From: an uncultured Acidimicrobiia bacterium
Lineage (GTDB): Bacteria > Actinomycetota > Acidimicrobiia > Spongiisociales > UBA5794
Direction of reading: 5' to 3'
Assembly: GCA_963792405.1 (NCBI GenBank)
Contig: CAWBVU010000005.1
Coordinates: 355,668-419,667 of the forward strand
Length of the DNA: 64,000 bases
The position numbers and the translations under genes are program-made. This document shows positions 10,157 through 20,014 of this stretch, piece after piece. Below the pieces are notes generated by a model that was given only the letters and a program-made list of their open reading frames with translations, did no database searches and had not been told where the DNA came from. Numbering within the stretch: the stretch's first letter is position 1; every line of letters starts with the position of its first letter.

Positions 10157-10252
10157 TCGTAAACCCCCCGGGCAGATTCGGCACCCTCAGGTGGCAATCT
10201 AGTCGGCGCCGCCACTAGCGGCATTGGGGAGGTGACGTTTCGCGGTGTGAAC

Positions 10253-11632
10253 TCAGGCCTCGTCGACCGACGCCGACCTGGAGTAGCGCCCGATGCCCTC
10301 GTAGGCGAGGCCGGCGTCCTCGACGGCGTCGTGGTCGAGGGCGTTGCGCCCGTCGATCACGACGTGGCCCCGCATGAGCCGCGCCATGCGGTCGTAGTCG
10401 AGGTCGAGGAACTCGGGCCACTCGGTGAGGAGCACGACGGCGTCCGCTCCCTTCACACACTCGTAGGGATCCTCGAAGATGTCGACGTGGTCCATGTCGG
10501 GCAGCTCCCTGACCATCGGGTCCGAGGCCCGGATGAGCACGCCCTTCTCCTCGAGCGACCGGATGATGGAGAGGGCCGGTGCATCTCGCAGGTCGTCGGT
10601 TCCCGGCTTGAACGCAAGGCCGAGGAGGGCGATGCGGCTGCCCCGCAGCGGGCGCAGGTAGTTCTGGAGCTTGCGCACGACGACGTTGCGCTGGTTCTTG
10701 TTGACCCGCTTGACCGCCTCGAGGATCAGCGGCTCGATCCCCTGCTCACGGGCCATCGACGCCAGGGCATCGATGTCCTTGCCGAAGCAGGACCCGCCCC
10801 AGCCGACGCCGGCGTTGAGGAACTTCGGGCCGATGCGCGAGTCGAGGCCGATCGCGTAGGCGACATCCTCGACGTCGGCATCGAGCCATTCGCAGATGTT
10901 GGCGATCTCATTGATGAAGCTGATCTTCATCGCGAGGAAGGCGTTCGCGGCGTACTTGATCGTCTCCGCCGTTGCCCTGCCGGTCTTGACGAGGGTCGGC
11001 TTGCGCGTCGGGTCGCCACCCTCGAAGGACTGCGACAGGATCGGCTCGTACACGTCGGCGACCTTCTCGACCGCCTTCGGGTCGTCGCCGCCCACCACGA
11101 CCCGATCCGGCTGGAGGAAGTCCTCGACGGCAGCGCCCTCGCGGAGGAACTCCGGGTTGCTCACCACCCTCACGACGCCCGGATCGACCCCATCGGGAAG
11201 CGCGGAGGTGATGGTGGCCTCGAGCCAGTTGCCGCTTCCCACGGGGACGGTGCTCTTCGTCACGATGATGTGGGGCGTCCTCAGGGCGGCCCCGATCGAT
11301 CGCGATGCGGCGGCAACGGAGCTCATGTCGGGATGGCCGTTCGTTCCCGGTGGCGTGTCGACGCACAGGAACACGATCTCGGACTGGTTCATGGCCAGTT
11401 GGTAGTCACTCGTGAACGACAGGCGACCCGACGACAACGCCGACGTGAGACGCTCCTCGAGGCCCGCCTCGTAGAAGGGGACCCTGCCCTCCCTCAGTGA
11501 GGCGAGCTTGCCCTCGTCGATCTCCACGCTGATCACTCGCCGGCCGAGGTCCGCCAGACACACCGCCACCACGGTGCCGACGTATCCGCTACCGACCACC
11601 GCGATTCCGGGGGTGTCCCTTGGTTCCGTCAT
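10253..11632 (-). CDS. ugd: UDP-glucose 6-dehydrogenase (UDP-glucose/GDP-mannose dehydrogenase family)
   Basis: Start MTEPRDTPGIAVVGSGYVG at 11632 with GGAAGG RBS. Motifs CVDTP and GGSCFGKD. The upstream 75 codons of ORF 10253..11854 are not coding. Confidence 0.8.
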   Translation of the reverse strand: MTEPRDTPGIAVVGSGYVGTVVAVCLADLGRRVISVEIDEGKLASLREGRVPFYEAGLEERLTSALSSGRLSFTSDYQLAMNQSEIVFLCVDTPPGTNGHPDMSSVAAASRSIGAALRTPHIIVTKSTVPVGSGNWLEATITSALPDGVDPGVVRVVSNPEFLREGAAVEDFLQPDRVVVGGDDPKAVEKVADVYEPILSQSFEGGDPTRKPTLVKTGRATAETIKYAANAFLAMKISFINEIANICEWLDADVEDVAYAIGLDSRIGPKFLNAGVGWGGSCFGKDIDALASMAREQGIEPLILEAVKRVNKNQRNVVVRKLQNYLRPLRGSRIALLGLAFKPGTDDLRDAPALSIIRSLEEKGVLIRASDPMVRELPDMDHVDIFEDPYECVKGADAVVLLTEWPEFLDLDYDRMARLMRGHVVIDGRNALDHDAVEDAGLAYEGIGRYSRSASVDEA

Positions 11633-11919
11633 TGCTGCCTTCCAAGCCCTACGCCGCTCGTCTGCGCCGTGGGATCGAGTGTAGATGATTCGACCACTCT
11701 CGGCAATACCTTGACCACATTGCGTGGGTTCATGTTCGAGGCTCGCTCCTGGCTGAGCGGAATGGTATCCCCGCTCCCGGCACGCACTCGCCATCGATGT
11801 CCGATTTCGCGTCCACGGCAGCTGGGAGTCCTCGATGCCGGGTCTCCGCCGCACGCCGCGCCGCGTGGTCGATCGCGGAACCCCCCTCGGTCACACCCTG
11901 CCGGTCGCCCGGCAGGAGC

Positions 11920-12618
11920 TCATGCCCCGCGCTTGCCCCCGAGCATCGCCGACGGCGTGCGGAGGATGATGCGGAGATCGTTCATGAACGTGATGTTGTC
12001 GACGTACTCGATGTCGATGTCGGTCGCCTCGTGCATCGGCACGTGTCCACGTGCGGAGATCTGCCAGAGGCCCGTGAGACCGGGCTTGACCTCGTGCCGA
12101 CGGTGCTGCCACTCCTCGTAGCGAGCAACGACCTGCGGCAACTCGGGCCGCGGGCCCACCAGGCTCATGTCGCCCAATGCCACGTTCCAGAACTGTGGGA
12201 TCTCGTCGAGGCTCCACTTGCGGAGGAACCGGCCGATGTCGGTGTGCCGGGGATCATCCGCGGACTTGTGGTTGAAGCGTCGGTCCGGGTGATCGATCGC
12301 CTGCATGGCGGCGCGGCGGTCCTGGCGCATCGTGCGGAACTTGTAGACCTCGAACTCCTCGCCGAATCGACCGAGGCGCACCTGGCGGAAGATCGCGGGC
12401 CGTCCGATGGACAACCAGATCAGGGGAACGACGACGGCGACGATCGGAAGGGTGACGACCGTGAGCACGACACCCCCGAGGCGGTCGAGTCCCGGCTTGA
12501 CGAACCGCTCGTAGAACCCGGCCCCATGGACCAGCGGAACCACCCGCGGTCCTGTGTACTGCGATTCGCCGTCGACGCCACGAAGTGCATCGACGTTTCT
12601 TTCGACGTCCGCCACCAT
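11920..12618 (-). CDS. Priming sugar transferase (bacterial sugar transferase family, WcaJ/CpsE C-terminal domain type)
   Basis: One transmembrane segment followed by YKFRTM...[21 protein letters not shown] motifs. Confidence 0.8.
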   Translation of the reverse strand: MVADVERNVDALRGVDGESQYTGPRVVPLVHGAGFYERFVKPGLDRLGGVVLTVVTLPIVAVVVPLIWLSIGRPAIFRQVRLGRFGEEFEVYKFRTMRQDRRAAMQAIDHPDRRFNHKSADDPRHTDIGRFLRKWSLDEIPQFWNVALGDMSLVGPRPELPQVVARYEEWQHRRHEVKPGLTGLWQISARGHVPMHEATDIDIEYVDNITFMNDLRIILRTPSAMLGGKRGA

Positions 12619-13008
12619 GCCCCCTAAGCACCCCCTCCAAGCCCTGGAGAGGAATCCAACCTCACAAGCCAGTCTATGCGGTAGTCATCAGACTGCAATG
12701 CGTATTTCGATGAATTCGTGAGAACTAGTCCCTGAACCCGCGATATCCGCGCCAAAGGCGCGAAATCCGCACGAAGTACCGTCTGACTCCCACTGCGTCG
12801 TCGGCCTGCCCCCCGTCGCCTCCCCATGACGTCGCCGAAGGAGCACCCTTCGCACACGTCAACCCGTCGACCTTCCAGCTTGTTCCGCCCTCGTCACCGG
12901 GCACGACGACGTCGGCATGGCGCCTGATGCCGGGACGCACCGACACCGATGCGCGAAAACGCGGCGACGTACCCGCGTATCAAAGCCGAGGTGTGATTAC
13001 CCTCCCGT

Positions 13009-13924
13009 CATGGACGTGATCAGGCGGAGCCGGTTCCCGCACCTGCGCAATCCCATCGGCATCGTCGCGTTCGGTGGATGGAACGACGCATGCGATGTCG
13101 CCTCCACGGCCGCCGAGTTCATCCTCGACGCACACCCGGACTCCGAGGCCTTCGCCGAGATCGAGCCGGATCCGTTCTACGACTTCCAGCAGCAGCGCCC
13201 GACCATCGACATCCGCGACGGTGTCGCACGCTCGGTGCAGTGGCCGGGGATCACCTTCACCGCCGTGTCGCGGCCCCGCGACGACCGCGATGTCGTGGTC
13301 GTGACGGGGCAGGAGCCGAACTTCCTCTGGAAGACCTTCGCACGCAGCGTCGTCGAGGTCCTCGTCGAGGTCGGCGTCGAGGAGGTCGTCCTCGCAGGCG
13401 CCTACGTCGGGGCGGTGGGGCACAGGGACCCCGTCGTGCTGTCGGGTGTCGGCTCCGATGAGGTCAGCGTCATCCGCAGCGGGCTCGAGACAGCCTCGTA
13501 CCACGGCCCGACCGGCATCGTCGGGGTCGTCCAGGGTGCATGCAAGGAGGCAGGGATCCGGTCCATCTCGATGTGGGCGCCGACACCCCCCTACCTCGCG
13601 GGCAACCCCTTCCCCAAGGCGGTCCTGGCGATCGTCGAGCGCATCGCCGACATCACGAACCTCCACATCGACACCGCTGAGCTCATCGCCGTCGACGCCG
13701 AGTACTCGCAGAAGGTCGATGAGGCGCTCGAGAACTCCGGTGCAGACCTGGAGGAGTACCTCGAGGAGATGGAGTCCTACGACGAACCGCTCCTCGGGCC
13801 CCTCCTCGGGACAAGCCGTTCCGAGCCGATCGACGATCCCCATATCCAGCGCCTCGACCCGGAGCGCACCGATGCGCTCGTCGACGAGATCGTCAGGTTC
13901 CTGGAGGGCGACGGCTCGTCGTGA
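13009..13924 (+). CDS. PAC2-family protein
   Basis: Start MDVIRRSRFPHLRNPIGIVAFGGWNDA, about 305 aa. Family assignment is from recall. The upstream part of ORF 12917..13924 is unlikely to be coding. Confidence 0.55.
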
Positions 13925-14310
13925 CCAGGTACGAGATCCTCAAGTGGATCCATCTCGTCGCGGCCTCCGTCTGGACGGGGGGCCTCATCGTGCTTGCCTT
14001 CACCGTCGGGGCGATCCGCTCCCAAACCGACGACCGTGAGGTCCTGCGCGCCGTGGCGAGGAGGTTCGGGGTCGTGTCGTGGACGGCGCTGGGCATCGCG
14101 CTCGTCACGGGCATCTGGATGTACACCGACTTCGGCCTGCCGTGGCGGGAGTTCGAACTGAAGGGCGCGCTGATCGGCATCGCCATCGTCCTGGCGCTCG
14201 TCCACCAGTTCACGGCCAGGCGCACGCCCCCCGCCGTGCGGGGGATCCTCCAGCTCCTGATCCTGCTCGTGAGCGTTGGGATCTTCGGCGCGGCCGTCAC
14301 CCTGCTCTGA
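13921..14310 (+). CDS. Small integral membrane protein
   Basis: 129 aa with four predicted TM helices. GTG start overlaps the PAC2 stop. Confidence 0.5.
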   Translation: MTRYEILKWIHLVAASVWTGGLIVLAFTVGAIRSQTDDREVLRAVARRFGVVSWTALGIALVTGIWMYTDFGLPWREFELKGALIGIAIVLALVHQFTARRTPPAVRGILQLLILLVSVGIFGAAVTLL

Positions 14311-14327
14311 TCGCAGGCCGCGCGAAC

Positions 14328-14852
14328 TCACAGGTCCTTCGCGAAGACGACCTGCTCCTTCTCCACCATGTACCCGCGCCTGCGATAGAACCTGTGGGCG
14401 TCGGCGCGGACCACGTTCGAGCGCAGCCTGACCGTCGCGTAGCCGCGGGCACCCGCCCACGACTCCGCCTCCTCGAGCAGCCTCCCACCCACGCCACCGG
14501 TGCGGTACCCGTCGGAGACGACCAGCCCGACGATCTCCGCGAACGGCTCCTGCTGCACCTGGTCCATGCCAAGGACGTGGACCCAGCCGACGACGGCGCC
14601 GTCGTCATCGGCCACGAGGAAGACGCTGGAAGGCGACGATACGACGCCGGCGACCCGCCGCGTCACGTCCCACGGCATCGCCTCGTACCCGAGCTGGTCG
14701 ACGAGCACGGCGACGCCGGCTGCGTCGTCCTCTGCATATGGGCGGATCTGGATCACGGTGCTCTCCTCGTCCTCGGCGCGGTCACGGGCGGTGCCGGTGA
14801 GACGCGGTGCCCACGCTCGTTCGGGAGCGGGGTGACCCGGGGACGCCGTCAC
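14328..14852 (-). CDS. GNAT-family N-acetyltransferase
   Basis: GNAT acetyl-CoA binding motif (VGGRLLEEAESWARARG..RL). The start may be the internal GTG near 14756 (VIQIRPY...). Confidence 0.7.
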   Translation of the reverse strand: MTASPGHPAPERAWAPRLTGTARDRAEDEESTVIQIRPYAEDDAAGVAVLVDQLGYEAMPWDVTRRVAGVVSSPSSVFLVADDDGAVVGWVHVLGMDQVQQEPFAEIVGLVVSDGYRTGGVGGRLLEEAESWAGARGYATVRLRSNVVRADAHRFYRRRGYMVEKEQVVFAKDL

Positions 14853-14886
14853 GTGGGAGCGCCCCCAGTAGGGGGCGCTCCGAGGA

Positions 14887-14982
14887 CTACTTCTTCTTCC
14901 GCTTGTGCCTGTTGGCCTTGATGCGCTTGCGGTATTTGTGCTTGCTCATCTTCTTGCGGCGCTTCTTGATCAGCGAACCCAT
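14887..14982 (-). CDS. Ribosomal protein bS22 (Actinobacteria-specific small basic protein)
   Basis: Translates to MGSLIKKRRKKMSKHKYRKRIKANRHKRKKK*, resembling mycobacterial bS22 (MGSVIKKRRKRMSKKKHRK...). It is the C-terminal part of ORF 14887..15099. Confidence 0.65.
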   Translation of the reverse strand: MGSLIKKRRKKMSKHKYRKRIKANRHKRKKK

Positions 14983-15119
14983 GCAGTGTGAACCCCTGTG
15001 TCGAGACCGGATGTTCCGTGCGGAACTCCTTCGTGGGCCGCACTGACCGCGGAAGGATAGGCGAATCCGGCTGCTGACGTTCGTCGGCGCACCGGGCAAC
15101 CCTTCCCTACACTGGCTGT

Positions 15120-15860
15120 ATGCGCCCCATCATCGGCATCACCGGCCGTCCGCACGTCGTCGCGTCCGCCGGCACCACGGTTCGGACCTATCGCGCCGAT
15201 CAGACCTACACCGAGTCCGTCAAGCGGGCGGGCGGCATCCCCATCACCCTCATCCCGATGGCGCCGGAGGCGATGCCCCAACTGCTCGACATGATCGACG
15301 GGCTCCTGATCCCCGGCGGCGGCGACATCAACCCCGAGCGGTACGACGCCACGCCGCACGAGGCGGTCAACGGCGTCGACGACGAGAGGGACGCCTTCGA
15401 ACTCGAGATGGTCCGCAGGGCCCGCGATCGGCGGATCCCGACGATGGCGATCTGCCGGGGCCTCCAGGTCGTGAACGTCGCCCTCGGCGGCACCCTCGTC
15501 CAGGACCTCCCCTCGCACAAGGGGGCCCACGGCCACGACATCACGGGTGAGGGGGCGTATGAGCCCCACTCCGAGGCGCTCATCGACCCGGGGTGCCGCA
15601 TCGCATCGATCATCGGGGAGGGCCTCCACCAGATCAACTCGATCCACCATCAGGCCGTCGAGGAGCTCGGCGAAGGCCTCCGCGTCGTCGGGGCGGCACC
15701 CGACGGCACGATCGAGGCCATCGAGCACGAGGACACCTCGTGGCCACTCATCGCCGTGCAGTGGCACCCCGAGTTCCTCGGGATGGCAGACCATGGCGAG
15801 TCACACGACCTGTTCCACGCCTTCGTCGAGTCGGCCGCGAAGTACCGCGCCGACTCGTAG
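15120..15860 (+). CDS. Gamma-glutamyl-GABA hydrolase-like class I glutamine amidotransferase (peptidase C26)
   Basis: MAICRGLQVVNVALGG with catalytic Cys; IHHQAV...WHPEF His/Glu motifs. Confidence 0.8.
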   Translation: MRPIIGITGRPHVVASAGTTVRTYRADQTYTESVKRAGGIPITLIPMAPEAMPQLLDMIDGLLIPGGGDINPERYDATPHEAVNGVDDERDAFELEMVRRARDRRIPTMAICRGLQVVNVALGGTLVQDLPSHKGAHGHDITGEGAYEPHSEALIDPGCRIASIIGEGLHQINSIHHQAVEELGEGLRVVGAAPDGTIEAIEHEDTSWPLIAVQWHPEFLGMADHGESHDLFHAFVESAAKYRADS

Positions 15861-15877
15861 ACCACCGAGGAGGAATC

Positions 15878-16339
15878 ATGGACATCGGAATCGACGAGGC
15901 CGACCGCAAGGCCATCACGGGTGAGCTCGACGTGCTGCTCGCCAACACCTACTCGCTCTACCTCAAGACGCAGGGATACCACTGGAACGTGACGGGGCCG
16001 ATGTTCCGCACGCTCCACCTGATGTTCGAGGAGGAATACCAGGAGCTCGCCCTCGCCGCGGACGAGATCGCGGAGAGGATCCGGTCGCTCGGCGCCCCCG
16101 CCCCTGCGTCCTTCGGGCAGTTCAACGGGCTCGCCACCGTCAAGGGTGACGACGGCGTGCCCGAGGCGATGACGATGGTGGCGAACCTCGTCGACGGCCA
16201 CGAGGCGACCGCTCGATCGGCACGCCAGACGCTCAAGGTCGGCGAGGAGGCAGGAGATGCCGTCACCGTCGACCTCGCGACGCGCAGGCTCGAGGTGCAC
16301 GAGAAGACGGCGTGGATGCTCAGGAGCCTGCTCGCCTGA
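15878..16339 (+). CDS. dps: Dps (DNA protection during starvation) ferritin-like protein
   Basis: MDIGIDEADRKAITGELDVLLANTYSLYLKTQGYHWNVTGPMFRTLHLMFEE. GAGGAGG RBS. The true start lies inside ORF 15593..16339. Confidence 0.85.
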   Translation: MDIGIDEADRKAITGELDVLLANTYSLYLKTQGYHWNVTGPMFRTLHLMFEEEYQELALAADEIAERIRSLGAPAPASFGQFNGLATVKGDDGVPEAMTMVANLVDGHEATARSARQTLKVGEEAGDAVTVDLATRRLEVHEKTAWMLRSLLA

Positions 16340-16764
16340 CCCGCACGATCCTCTTCGTCTGCTCCGGCAACATCTGCCGGTCCCCCTTCGCCGAGGCGGC
16401 CGCAAGGGCGGGGTTCCCCGACGAGGATCTCGTCTTCGCCAGTGCCGGCACGATGGCGATCGATCAGGACCATGCCACGACGCCCATGCAGGAGGTCGCC
16501 GCCGAACGGGGCCTCGACCTGTCCGACCATCGGGCGAGGCTCCTCACGGCGGTGCCGCAGCCCGACCTGGTGTTCGGGATGGAGATCGAGCACCTGATCG
16601 CTGCCCGAACGGCATTCCCCGACCTTCCGAGGCAGTCGATCCAGCTGCTGGACCATCCCCGCGCCATCGACGACCCCTACGGCCGTCCCTCCGACGTCTA
16701 CCGTCGCGTCGCCGATCAGATCCAGGACGCCCTGACCCGCCTCGACCCCGGCATGCTGGCGTAG
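16312..16764 (+). CDS. Low-molecular-weight protein-tyrosine phosphatase
   Basis: P-loop CSGNICRSP (CX5R) and the DP motif. Start is uncertain; it overlaps the dps 3' end. Confidence 0.8.
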   Translation: MDAQEPARLTRTILFVCSGNICRSPFAEAAARAGFPDEDLVFASAGTMAIDQDHATTPMQEVAAERGLDLSDHRARLLTAVPQPDLVFGMEIEHLIAARTAFPDLPRQSIQLLDHPRAIDDPYGRPSDVYRRVADQIQDALTRLDPGMLA

Positions 16765-16767
16765 GGC

Positions 16768-17610
16768 TCAGATGAGGCCCTCGGTGTCGACATCGAGGGC
16801 GAGCACCTCGCCGTCGGCTCCCAGCACGCCCGCCATCGCGCCGATCACCCTTCCCCGGTTCTCCGCCGTCACGAAAGCGAGGGCGGTCGGGCCCGCACCG
16901 GACCAGCAGACGTGCAATGCGCCTGCGTGATGCGCCGCCACCATCAACTCGTGGGTGACGGGCGACAGGTGGCGCCTCGGGGCCTCGTGGAGCTCGTCCC
17001 CCGCCGCCTGCGACAGCACCTCCGGATTGCCGTCCTGGAGGCCCTGGAGCACGAAGGCGAGCCTGCCGAGCGACCGCACGACGACGTCGCGGGGCACCTC
17101 CGTGGGCAGGGCCGCCCGTGCCTCGGACGTCTTGAGGTGGGCGTTGGGGATGCCGACCACGGGGTGCAGGGTGTCGTGGAGCTGGAGCCGCTGGATGCCG
17201 TCGGAGGTGGCGACCACGAGCCCGCCGAACACCGCGGCGGCCGCGTTGTCGGCGTGGCCCTCCAACTCGTCGACGATCGTGAACACCTTCGGTCGGCCGC
17301 CATCGTCCCCGGTCACCTTCATGGCGGCGCCGGCAGCTGCAGCGGTGACGGCTGACGACGAGCCGAGCCCCCTGGCCCTCGGGATCTGGTTGTCGATCGT
17401 CAGGTGCATCGGCCGTCCGACGGCCATCATCACGGCCCTCGCGATCATGTCGCCATCGTCGAGTCGCCTGGTGGAGCCGTTCTCTGACACCGTCATCGTC
17501 TCGGAGGGCTCTGCGGTGACCGTGCAGCGCAGCGCGAGCGCGAGGGCGAGGATGTCGAACCCGGGCCCGAGGTTGCCCGACGAGGCGGGGGCGGATGCGG
17601 CGCCGATCAT
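16768..17610 (-). CDS. thrB: Homoserine kinase
   Basis: GHMP kinase motifs NLGPGFD and ARGLGSSSAVTAAAA. Confidence 0.8.
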   Translation of the reverse strand: MIGAASAPASSGNLGPGFDILALALALRCTVTAEPSETMTVSENGSTRRLDDGDMIARAVMMAVGRPMHLTIDNQIPRARGLGSSSAVTAAAAGAAMKVTGDDGGRPKVFTIVDELEGHADNAAAAVFGGLVVATSDGIQRLQLHDTLHPVVGIPNAHLKTSEARAALPTEVPRDVVVRSLGRLAFVLQGLQDGNPEVLSQAAGDELHEAPRRHLSPVTHELMVAAHHAGALHVCWSGAGPTALAFVTAENRGRVIGAMAGVLGADGEVLALDVDTEGLI

Positions 17611-18506
17611 CGCACGGCCTCGATGAACACCTGCGACGCCTCAGGGCAGGCAGCCTGGATCGACTCCTCGACCTGTCGGATCGCGCCGACCTCGTCGACA
17701 CCCTCGTCGAACGCCACGTCCGCCGTCACCAGGATCTCGTGCGAGGCGAGCTGCATCGTCAGCAGGCGGTCGACGTGGTTCACCGCCCCGACGGAGAGGA
17801 TCGCCAGGCGGATCGCCGAGCGGTCCTTCAGACTGGCGGACTCCCCCACGAGCAACGACCTCATCTCATACGCGAGGACCAGGGCGACGGCACCGAGCAG
17901 GATGCCGATGAGGATCGACGCGAGGCCGTCCCAGAACACGTTCTCCGTGACCTCGGCGAGGACGATGCCGGCCGCGGCGATGGCGAGGCCGACGGCTGCA
18001 GCGGTGTCCTCGAAGATGACGATGACGAGCGCCGAGTCCTTCGACTCGCGGATCGTCCGCCATGCGCCCTTGGTGCCGCGGATCTTGTTGAGCTGGCGGA
18101 TGGCGGGGATCAGGGCCACACCGATCTCGAAGGCCGCCGAGATCCCGAGGACGACGAGGGAGAACACGAAGCCGCTGCTGTGGCCCTCGTCCGGGTGCGA
18201 GAGGCGCTGCCACCCGTTGTAGATGGACAGGACGGCGCCGCCGACGAACAGCACGACCGCCACCATGAACGACCAGAAGTACATCGACTTGCCCCGCCCG
18301 AACGGGTGCGTGACGGTGGCCGCATAGCGGGACACGGCCTCGCCGCGGAGGAGGAACAGCTGGTTCCCGCTGTCGGCGACCGAGTGGAACGCCTCCGCCA
18401 GCATCGCCGCACTACCCGAGATCCCGGCGGCGATGAACTTGGTGATCGCGATGCAGACGTTCGCAGCGAGGGCGAGGATGATGAGACGCTTCGACTCGGC
18501 AGCCAC
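17607..18506 (-). CDS. Cation diffusion facilitator (CDF) family transporter
   Basis: Proposed GTG start at 18506 (VAAESKRLIILALAANVCIAITKFIAAGISGSAAMLAEAFHSVAD). Six TM helices plus a C-terminal cytoplasmic domain. The N-terminal 100 aa of ORF 17607..18842 are translated repeat DNA. Confidence 0.75.
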   Translation of the reverse strand: MAAESKRLIILALAANVCIAITKFIAAGISGSAAMLAEAFHSVADSGNQLFLLRGEAVSRYAATVTHPFGRGKSMYFWSFMVAVVLFVGGAVLSIYNGWQRLSHPDEGHSSGFVFSLVVLGISAAFEIGVALIPAIRQLNKIRGTKGAWRTIRESKDSALVIVIFEDTAAAVGLAIAAAGIVLAEVTENVFWDGLASILIGILLGAVALVLAYEMRSLLVGESASLKDRSAIRLAILSVGAVNHVDRLLTMQLASHEILVTADVAFDEGVDEVGAIRQVEESIQAACPEASQVFIEAVR

Positions 18507-18554
18507 GCCGGCGATTCTATGCCCACACAATGCTCCGTCTCTCCCTAGCGCTCC

Positions 18555-19020
18555 GCGGCCAGTCCCCGCCCACGCGGAGACGACAGCGACGCAGAGAGGG
18601 CCTTCCTGCTTCGTCTCTCCCCGCGGGAGAGACGCGGAGCGCAGCGACGCAGAGAGGGCCGCAGTACTGACAGACGCCTCCCGCACCGCACTCCCCCCTC
18701 TGCCCTCCGGGCATCTCCCCCAAGGGGGAGAAGGAAGAGTGGAGCGAGCGCAGCGAGGCCTCCATGCTGTCTCTCCCCGCGGGAGAGACGCGGAGCGCAG
18801 CGACGCAGAGAGGGCCGCAGTACTGACAGACGCCTCCCGCACCGCACTCCCCCCTCTGCCCTCCGGGCATCTCCCCCAAAGGGGGAGAAGGAAGAGTGGA
18901 GCGAGCGCAGCGAGCCCAATACTGTCTCTCCCCGCGGGAGAGAGGACGCGGAGCGAAGCGACGCAGAGAGGGCCGCACCCTCACACACGCGGAGCGAAGC
19001 GACGCAGAGATCGCCGCGCA
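18555..19020. repeat. Composite hairpin repeat cluster A
   Basis: Alternating modules: H1 (GTCTCTCCCCGCGGGAGAGAC then GCGGAGCGAAGCGACGCAGAGAGGGCCGC), H2 (CCTCCCGCACCGCACTCCCCCCTCTGCCCTCCGGGCATCTCCCCCAAAGGGGGAGAAGGAAG) and linkers (GAGCGAGCGCAGCGAGC). Confidence 0.85.
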
Positions 19021-19027
19021 GCAGGGA

Positions 19028-19955
19028 TCAGGCGACCGGCCAGGTTTCGGCGACTTCGGGGGCGACTTCCTCGTGGGCACGCCTGGCGGCCCGGTCGGAG
19101 AGGTAGAGCCCGATCAGCACGAGGACCCCACCGATGATGATGCCCGGTTGGAGTTCCTCGTCGAGGAGGAGGAGCCCACCGCTGAGCACCATGAACGGGA
19201 CCATGTAGCCGATGAGCGACACGTTCGTCGCCGACACCTTCGTGAGCAGCCAGTACGAGAGCAGGAACGGCATGAAGGTGGCGAACACGGCCATCTCGAT
19301 CATCAGCCACCAACCCGCGGCGGAGACATCCGTCGGCAGCCCTTCCGTCACGAGCATGGCGACGACGAGCCAGATCGCGGCGATGGCGAACTGGAGGCCG
19401 GTGATCATGACCGGCTCGTACTCACCAGCGTGACGCTTGCCGAAGGCATTCGCGAACCCGATCGACACCACCGAGACGAGGCCGAGGACCCCTGCGACGA
19501 GAGGCCGTCCGCCCTCGCTGAGGCCCGAGTCCCCGGACAGTAGGAGGAACGCGACGCCGGAGAATGCGATGAACAGCGCGACGACCTTCGTCGCCGTCAG
19601 GGGCTCGTCGGGAAGCATGAAGTTGGCGAACACCGCCGTTGCGAGGGGGATGAGTGCTGCGATGAGGCCGACGAAGCCCGCCGATGCCTCGGCGTAGGCG
19701 AAGGTGAACAGCACGTACGGGATGGTCATGTTGAAGACCGCCTGCACCAGCCCGTACCCGAGGACGGTCCTCGACGGCAACGGTGTGCGCTGGACGATGA
19801 GGACGACCATCACCATCAGGGCGGCCAGCACGATGCGCACCCCGATGATGGTCCACTCGCCCACACCCTGGTCGAAGGCTGCCACGCGTCGCGATGCCGC
19901 CCGACGCCCATCCGAGTGCGGCGGCAACCATGGCGAGCCAGTAGATCGGGCGCAT
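19028..19955 (-). CDS. EamA/DMT-family transporter, frameshifted near 19885-19895
   Basis: TM1 (MRPIYWLAMVAAALGWASGGIATR) reads in one frame and the other nine TMs (ORF 19028..19927) in the +1 frame. This points to a 1-nt indel. Confidence 0.65.
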
Positions 19956-20014
19956 CAGGCGAGGCTACCGACACGGGTGCGCCGTGCGTTCCGGACACCC
20001 GGTGCTCCGCCCGA

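Noticed and set aside
8825-10162. Plus-strand ORF 8825..10162 (445 aa, Arg/His-rich repeats)
   Set aside because: It is the mirror image of the tandem repeats in the minus-strand surface-protein gene, and its composition is not protein-like.
12620-13008. Small hairpin GCGCCAAAGGCGC and lower-GC stretch in the divergent promoter region
   Set aside because: It has a short stem and no repeat copies elsewhere in the window, so it was not distinguishable from chance. It is treated as an ordinary promoter region.
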